Shown here one piece after another: positions 56,517 to 64,000 of a stretch of DNA of 64,000 nt. The DNA lies in the NCBI GenBank assembly GCA_964016885.1, contig OZ024743.1, positions 232,128,001 to 232,192,000 on the forward strand. Reading direction: 5' to 3'. Position numbers and translations under genes: made by a program. The stretch comes from Eledone cirrhosa (Eukaryota). Each line of letters opens with the position of its first letter. Position 1 is the stretch's first letter. The notes below the pieces were generated by a model that was not told where the DNA came from, did not search any database, and worked only from the letters and a program-made list of their open reading frames with translations.

Positions 56517-57419
56517 AAATGAAATGTCTTCAAATTCTTGATATGAGGGAGAAAAAAATAACGATGTTCTCTCACAGAATTCATTCCCTCATATGGAGAC
56601 ACACCAGTCAGTCAGAGACATGGCGACTGATATTAGCTTTAGCTGAGTCATAAAAGTTTTCAGATTTCTATCGCTGCAAAAGACGCTGGACATCAAACAA
56701 ATCAGTAGGGATACAGTCAGTCACAGTTAAAAGTGAGTGGGTACACACACACTCCACACCCACATACATCGGCTTGAAGTCAAAGAAAAATATATACATA
56801 TATATACACACATCAACACAGTATTAAACCCGTAGAATTAGCGTGGGTGGCTACACACACACTTTCACACACACCGAAGCGTTGTCCGAGAAAAAACAAA
56901 TATAGAATTACCAACACAGCACTCACCGAAAGTTAGTTCACAAAGCAACAGAAGCTATGTCGGTCAAATCTCAATTTGACGATGTAAATTGGAAATATTG
57001 GGTTAACCAACGCTACACACATACACACACACACACGCGCCGCGCGCGCGCGCAAGTAAATTCAGTTTAGTGTTCTGCTATACGTGTATAAATCGAATTG
57101 TAACATCCATATCTTCAAGTGTGTGTTATGGTATATACACATCCGAATCGTCCCCCAAAAAAGAAGGGGGGTATGTCCGGGTATATATATACATCCATGT
57201 GAAGAGTAAGCAATCAGCTCATGTCGAACTCCTAGTGTACCGCTGTCCCGTTGAGAATCAGAATCACCAAATCCGTGCGTGCAAGCAACTGCAATAAGGG
57301 CCGGCAAAGGGCTCCGTGTCGGGTTGGGTGATGGGTAAGTGCGATTTCCCGTCACATGGGCCAATGAGCTTTTAAGATAGTTGTTAGAGTGGTGGAGGTG
57401 TGTTATCCAATAGTGTTAT

Positions 57420-58216
57420 CGCATAGTGGATACAACCCCAGCTATCGAGAGTAAACCCAATTGCCGCACGGGGGTACACCGCCCTGGATACTTGGGACGT
57501 TTCCGAACACAATCATGACACCCCAGGATACCATCGACTCGCAGGTACTTTCTAGTTACAATAGACCAGTAACTACTAGGGAGACGGGTAATTCTAATAT
57601 AGTTAGTAGGAACAAGAGGCATCGAACCAGAAAAGTCCTGTGGTATAATCCCCCTTACTCCACTGGACTGACCACTAGTATAGCAAAACTTTTCTTTAGG
57701 GCCTTAGACAAATGCTTCCCTAGATCGCACAGATATTATAAAATATTCAATAGAAATACCATCAAGCTGTCCTACTCCACAACTAGTAACATAGCTCAGA
57801 ATATAGCTAAGATGAATTATAGTAGACTTAGGGCAGCCAATGAGGGAATTAGGCATGGCAGGAACAATGGCAGCTGTATTGAGGAACTGACTCATACACG
57901 TGAGACCAGTCTGGTCTCTCCAACCCCAGGGAATTTACCCATAGAGCAGACTGGAACTGAGACCCGACCCCAAAGGTCACTCGATATGCCAATTAGGCTG
58001 CTCAGCCGTTAATATGCATAAGGAAAGTATATACTTTCAAACGTTCAACCATCTGGCAGGAAGGTATACGATGCTGACGATAGTTAATAAGCTTGAAACT
58101 AGTACATCGTTCCTGTGTCAGTGTTGAACAAAAAGGTGACGTGGTTGCCTAAGCACTGTACGGCGTAATTTGGGCTGTTTGTTTGCTTGTTTTTTTACAA
58201 ACAAACAAACCGAGCA

Positions 58217-58222
<6 letters not shown>
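57420..58222 (+). mobile_element. PLE linker-region fragment joined to a pseudo-LTR
   Basis: RKVLWYNPPYS...LDKCFPRSHRYYKIFNRNTIKLSYS is homologous to 37725..38312. 57976-58220 is the pseudo-LTR shared with 20370-20620. Confidence 0.8.
58069..58109 (+). ncRNA. Minimal type-I hammerhead ribozyme
   Basis: cgatg-CTGACGA-t-agtt/aata/agct-t-GAAA-ctag-TA-catcg. Perfect 5-bp helix I, palindrome ACTAGT, GUA site. Confidence 0.8.
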
Positions 58223-58254
<32 letters not shown>

Positions 58255-58338
58255 TTATTCCTTGTCGAGTGCTTGGCTCCACTGCTGAAAACATTCGTTG
58301 GCTTGGCTGCTGATCGAACTTCGAATATGCTGTACTAT

Positions 58339-58446
<108 letters not shown>

Positions 58447-58495
58447 GTGGTAGCTTCATATTAGCTGCATATATATAAGTATGTAAATGTTATAT

Positions 58496-58528
<33 letters not shown>

Positions 58529-58540
58529 AAATTTACATAC

Positions 58541-58571
<31 letters not shown>

Positions 58572-58859
58572 CATAGAGAGAATTTGTCAGAGAGGGAGGT
58601 GGATTAGAGGCTATGGTCGCCGTCTTCTAAACAAACAAGAAAAACAATAAAACAACAACTACAACGACTCTAGGTGGATGTTGTCGGTGACGTGAGAGAA
58701 AAGTAGGCATAATGTAGTCACTAGTTTTAGATTCGCCGTGATGTGATGCCAATCAATAATTGGATGTGACTTTCATAGTTGCTGTTCTCACTCTCATCTC
58801 TTCTCGAACGTTCATCCGTTATTTGATTTACGTAAACAGGACATATCCGAGGTAGAGGC

Positions 58860-60600
58860 CATGCTGGTTGTGGTGGTGTTGATGCTGCAATCACAAGTGT
58901 TTGTTGGTTGTTTTGCTCGTCGCCATGGTGGTGGTAGGTGGTGGTAATGCTGATATTATTGGTCGTGGGCTGTTGTTTGTGGTGGTGAGATGGTGATGAT
59001 GATGATGGTAGTAGTGGTAGTAGTGGTGGTGGTGGTGGTGGTGGTGGTGGTAATAGTGGTAGTAGTGGTGGCGGTGGTGGTGGTGGTGGTAGTGGTAGTA
59101 ATGGTAGTAGTGGTGGAGGTGGTGGTAATGGTAGTAGTAGTAGTGATGGTGGTGGTAGTTGGTAGTAGTGGTGGTGGTGGTGGTGGTGGTAGTTGTGGTG
59201 GTGGTGGTGGTGGTGGTGCTGGTACTGGTGGTAATGGTAGTAGTGGTGGTGGTGGTGGTGGTGGTAGTAGTGGTAGTAGTGGTGGTGGTGGTAGTAGTGA
59301 TGGTGGTGTTAGGTGCTGGTAATGGTGATAGTACTGGTCGTGGGGGCTGTTCTTTGTGGTGGTGAGATGGTTATGATAGTGGTGGTGGTAGTGGAGGTGG
59401 TAGTGGTGGTAGTGGTGTTGATAGTGATGGTGGTAGTGGCGGTGGTAGTGGTGGTGATAGTGGTGGTGGTAGTGGTGGTGGTAGTCGTGGTGGTAGTGGT
59501 GGTTGTAGTGGTGGTGATAATGGTGGTGGTAGTGGTGGTGATAGTAGTGGTGGTAGTGGTGGAGGTAGTGGTGGTGGTGGTGGTGGTGGTGGTGGTGATA
59601 GTGGTGGTGGTAGTCGTGGTGGTAGTCGTGGTGGTAGTGGTGGTTGTAGTGGTGGTGATAATGGTGGTGGTAGTGGTGGTGATAGTAGTGGTGGTAGTGG
59701 TGGAGGTAGTGGTGGTAGTGGTGGTGGTGGTGGTGGTGGTGATAGTGGTGGTGGTAGTGGTGGTAGTATTGGTAGTAGTGGTGTTGGTATTGTCTCGTTT
59801 GTCAGTTTGGTTATGGTGTATATTGTGCTAGTGTTGAAATCTCTTTTGATGTTGGTGGTGATATTCATAGTGGTGTAGTTGTTGTTGTTGTTGATGGTGT
59901 GGACTGTTCTTTGTGGTGGGGAGGTGGCGATGACGATGGGGAGATGGTGCTGATAATGGTGGTAGCAGTGGTGATGGTAGTGGTGGCGGTGGTGGTGGTG
60001 ATGGTAGTGGCGGTGGGGGTGGGGGTGGTAGGTGCTAGTGGTGAAACCACTTTAGATGTTGGTGGTGATATTTATGGCGGTGTTGCTGTTGTTGTTGTTG
60101 TTGTTGGTGGTGGTAGGTGTTGGTGTTGATGCCGTTTGTGATGTTGTTGGTGATGGTGGTAGTGGTGGGTATGATGGTGACGGTGGTGGTGATTGATACT
60201 GGTAATGGTGATGGTACTGGTCGGGGATGGGGTGTATATTGTAGTGGAGAGGTGGTGATGAAAATATGGAGTCGGTGCTGATAATGGTGGTGGCGGTGGT
60301 GGTAGGTGCTAGTGGTAAAATCACTTTAGATGTTGGTGGTGATATTCATGGTGGTGGTGCTGCTGGTGTTGTTGTTGATGGTGGTGGTGGTGACTGCTCT
60401 TCTTTGTGGCGGGGAGTTGCTGCAAATAATGGTGGTAGTAGTGGTACTGGTGGTGGTGGTGGTGGTGACAGGATTTCTGGCGATGGTGTGGTGTTGCTGG
60501 TATTGGTGGTGGTGGTGGTAGTGACTGTTCTTTGTGGTGGGGGAGGTGGTGATGATGATGTAGAGTTGGTTACTGATAATGGTGGTAGTAGTGGTGGTGC
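58860..60600. repeat. Degenerate (GGT/GTA)n compound array with higher-order duplications
   Basis: Trinucleotide array with recurring blocks (ctgttctttgtggtgg; cactttagatgttggtggtgatatt). Confidence 0.95.
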
Positions 60601-60784
60601 GGAATTCGTGGAGAGATGAGGGAGTTTTGTAAATAGTTTTATGCCTCCGAGGCTGTGATGTTCATATCGCGCCGCCGCTGGGGACGGTATTGACTAAGTT
60701 TTAGAGCTTCAAACAGTTGATGCGACATGCGTACTACCTACCTCAGCACCATCATCACTATCATCATCATTATCAGCAACAGCA

Positions 60785-61598
60785 GCGGTGGATTTGCAGA
60801 ATCGGTAGAGCGTCGGACACCATGCTTCGCAGCATAGATTTACGTCCCTTTATGTTCTGAGTTCACATCCCGCCGAGGTTAACTTTGCCTGTCATCCTTA
60901 CGGGGTTGATAAAATAGAGTACCAGTAATGCACTGGGGTCAATTTAATCGACTTTCTCTTTTCCAAAACATTATTGGCCATGTGCCTAAATCAGAAACAA
61001 ATCGGTAGATGATCGAATGCCATGCTTTGCAACATAGAGTTACGGCCCTTTATGATCTGAGTTCAAATCCCACCGAGGTTAACATTGCCTTTCATGCTTA
61101 CGTGGTCGATAAAATAAAATACGAGTCACGCATTAGGGTCGATTTAATCGACTTTCCCTCCCCCAAATTTCTGGCCTTGTGCCTATATAAGAAACCATTA
61201 TTCGGTGGTTTGGCAGTATCGGTAGAGGGTCGGTTAACAGGCTTTGCAGCACAGAGTTACGCACCTTTATGATCTGAGTTCAAATCCTGCCGAGGTTAAC
61301 TTTGCCTTTCATCCATACAGGGTCGATAAAATAAAGTTCTAGTAATGCACTGGAATAATTGCTGGCCTTGTGCCAAAAGTAGAAACAAGTATTATTATTA
61401 GGCGAAGGATTGGCAGTATTGGTAGAGTGTCGGACGCCATGCTTTGAAGCATAGAATTACTTCCCTTTATGATCTGAGTTCAAATCCCGCGGAGGTTAAC
61501 TTTGCCTTTCATCCTTATGGGGGTCGATAAATTTAAGTACCAGTAATGCACTGAATAATTGCTGGCCTTTTGCCAAAAGTAGAAACAATTATTATTAT
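60785..61598 (+). mobile_element. Four head-to-tail SINE family A copies
   Basis: Copies at ~60785-61000, 61001-61202, 61203-61400 and 61401-61598. The first two are the long subfamily. Confidence 0.92.
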
Positions 61599-61599
61599 T

Positions 61600-61631
<32 letters not shown>

Positions 61632-61829
61632 TGTTATCGCCACTATTGTTATAAGCATAACCATAGTGATTATAATTACATATGACACTGTACAGCACAT
61701 TCTTAACAGTTCATCAGATACAGTATTTAAGTCGTATGGATCAGATAAATATCATCTTCATCATCATCATCATCATCGCCATCATTCTCATTCATCGTCA
61801 TAATCATCACCTGCAATAACTCCATAATA

Positions 61830-62212
61830 ATAATAATTGTTTCTACTTTTGGCAAAAGGCCAGCAATTACATCAGTGTATTACTGGTACTTTATTTTATC
61901 GACCCCGTAAGGATGAAAGGCAAAGTTAACCTCGGCGGGATTTGAACTCAGACTATAAAGGGCCGTAACTCTTTGCTGCAAAGCACGGCGTCCGACCCTC
62001 TACCGATACTGCCAACCCATCGCTCTATAATAATAATAATAATTGTTTCTACTTTTTGGCACAAGGCCAGCAATTATCCCAGTGCATTACTGGTATTTTA
62101 TTTTATCGACCCCGTAAGGATGAAAGGCAAAGTTAACCTCGGCGGGATTTGAACTCAGATTATAAAGGGACATAACTATGCTAGAAAGTATGGCGTCTGA
62201 CCCTCTACCGAT
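61830..62212 (-). mobile_element. Two tandem SINE family A copies
   Basis: Copies at ~61830-62023 and 62030-62212. Confidence 0.92.
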
Positions 62213-62280
62213 AATAATGATTTCATTTATTGGCCACAAGGGCCGACATGTAGGGGACAATTAACAACAACAATAATAAA

Positions 62281-62317
<37 letters not shown>

Positions 62318-62749
62318 TTGTTGTTGTTGTCGGCATTTGGATGATACTTAGAATGATAAAAATTATAGCAGACACATAACATCGTAGAATATTGATTGAA
62401 CATTTTTGGTATTGATTACATAAATACGAAACATATCTCAGCAAATTCTGATTATCACAAACAGACTCATGTGAGTAATCACGGTAGTGTGATTTAAGGA
62501 TTGCGTGTATTTTTCTGAGGGAACAAATGAATGCATAGTCACCTCACGTTGTTTTTACAACTTACACCTACGTAGGTTCAGCTGGCCTTCTACGTAGCTG
62601 CATCTCATGGGGTTTTTCTCGGGTGTTTTTAATTATAGGGGCTATGACATAAAGTAGAGCATCGTAGCCAGGAGGCTGAATTAAGTGTAAGAATTGCAGG
62701 GGTTGGTGCAGCAATACGCCGTCTTCAACGTTCGGTAATAAGAGGAATG

Positions 62750-63195
62750 GTGTAAAAGTCAAACTCACTATCTCTAATTCGGTATTCGTGCCAACCATCA
62801 ACAAAGGGAATGAATCTTGAGTAATGACAGAAATAATACAATCGTGAATACAAGCGGCAGAAATGGGGTTCCTCCGAAGGGTCTTTGGAGTGATGTTACT
62901 CGATAGAGTGTATAGCACGGAGTTCAAAGTGTCGTTCCAGGTAGAGCTGCTATTTCTCTGAATTGAGAAATCACAGCTCCCATACTATGGGTGTATGGTT
63001 AGAATGTTTCAGGTAGGAATTACCGAATAGATCTTATGAGCAATACCAACAGCCAGGAGACCTGGGGGTAGATGGTTGGATAATATCCATGTACTCGGCT
63101 GGTTTCGCTTTGGGATGCAGTCGGATCAGTTGAAAACACTTGCTTCTGACAGGACCCACTGAAAGGGATGTTTGCGGGCTCTGCCTCCCATGTAA
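62750..63195 (+). pseudogene. RTE-clade (Expander/Rex3-like) LINE C-terminal remnant
   Basis: Manual translation KLTISNSVFVPTI..GNES*VMTE...IQAAEMGFLRRVFGVMLLDRV...IEKSQL...RRPGGRWLDNI, with several stops. Confidence 0.8.
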
Positions 63196-63286
63196 GCCAA
63201 TTTGTTTCGTCTCAATAGATATACTACACGATCCTATAACCTATTATTTCATGATACCACTGTTGCTACAGTTATTTTTATGTATA

Positions 63287-63450
63287 CTTAGACCACACGT
63301 GACCCGTTGGGTGACGTTCACTTCAAAATATTTTTTTTAAAATCATGTTCACTTACAGACATGTATATAATGTGAAATGAAACTGGAAGGCCCATATATA
63401 TATGTGTGTCCGTGTATGTATATTAAACAAATGTGTGTTTGTATATATAT
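63287..63450 (-). mobile_element. Helitron-like 3' end
   Basis: Minus strand reads acgtcacccaacgggtcacgt-gtggtctaag. Homologous to 55170-55298. Confidence 0.55.
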
Positions 63451-63569
63451 ATATATATATATATATATTTAAAGGAACGATCGACTCTCGTCAAATCGGA
63501 CCGAGGGAACAATGTTTCCGTTGGTCTTTCCAATTGCTAATACTATCTATCGGTCGCAACTCCAGGTAG

Positions 63570-63951
<382 letters not shown>

Positions 63952-64000
63952 CCTGGATTGTGAAAATGGTGGTGTATACGAAAACCATAACATTGTTTTG

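Noticed and set aside
60785-62212. CRISPR-like array or tRNA gene cluster
   Set aside because: Units are ~200-bp SINEs with A/B boxes but no cloverleaf, no unique spacers and no cas genes.

Overview
Repeat-saturated, AT-rich animal genomic DNA with no host protein-coding gene that I can support. The tRNA-derived SINEs and the extreme (TA)n/(CA)n/(GA)n density resemble octopod cephalopod genomes; this is inference from recalled repeat families. Nearly all ORFs in the track are microsatellite translations. The recognisable content is: (i) three diverged L1/Tx1-clade LINEs stacked head-to-tail in a (GATA)n microsatellite (22.7-31.3 kb), one near full length; (ii) at least six Penelope-like element (PLE) coding remnants; (iii) about 15 minimal type-I hammerhead ribozyme (HHR) motifs from at least 8 families, 8 with intact cores, several in short non-coding (TA)n-flanked foldback elements; (iv) about 17 copies of one tRNA-derived SINE, including a 6-copy convergent cluster; (v) RTE-type LINE fragments, a mariner remnant, non-autonomous Helitron pieces and compound micro/minisatellites. 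The most notable signals are the HHR-bearing palindromic mini-elements and the apparent (GATA)n-targeting Tx1 lineage. All alignments, translations and folds were done by eye, so boundaries are approximate.
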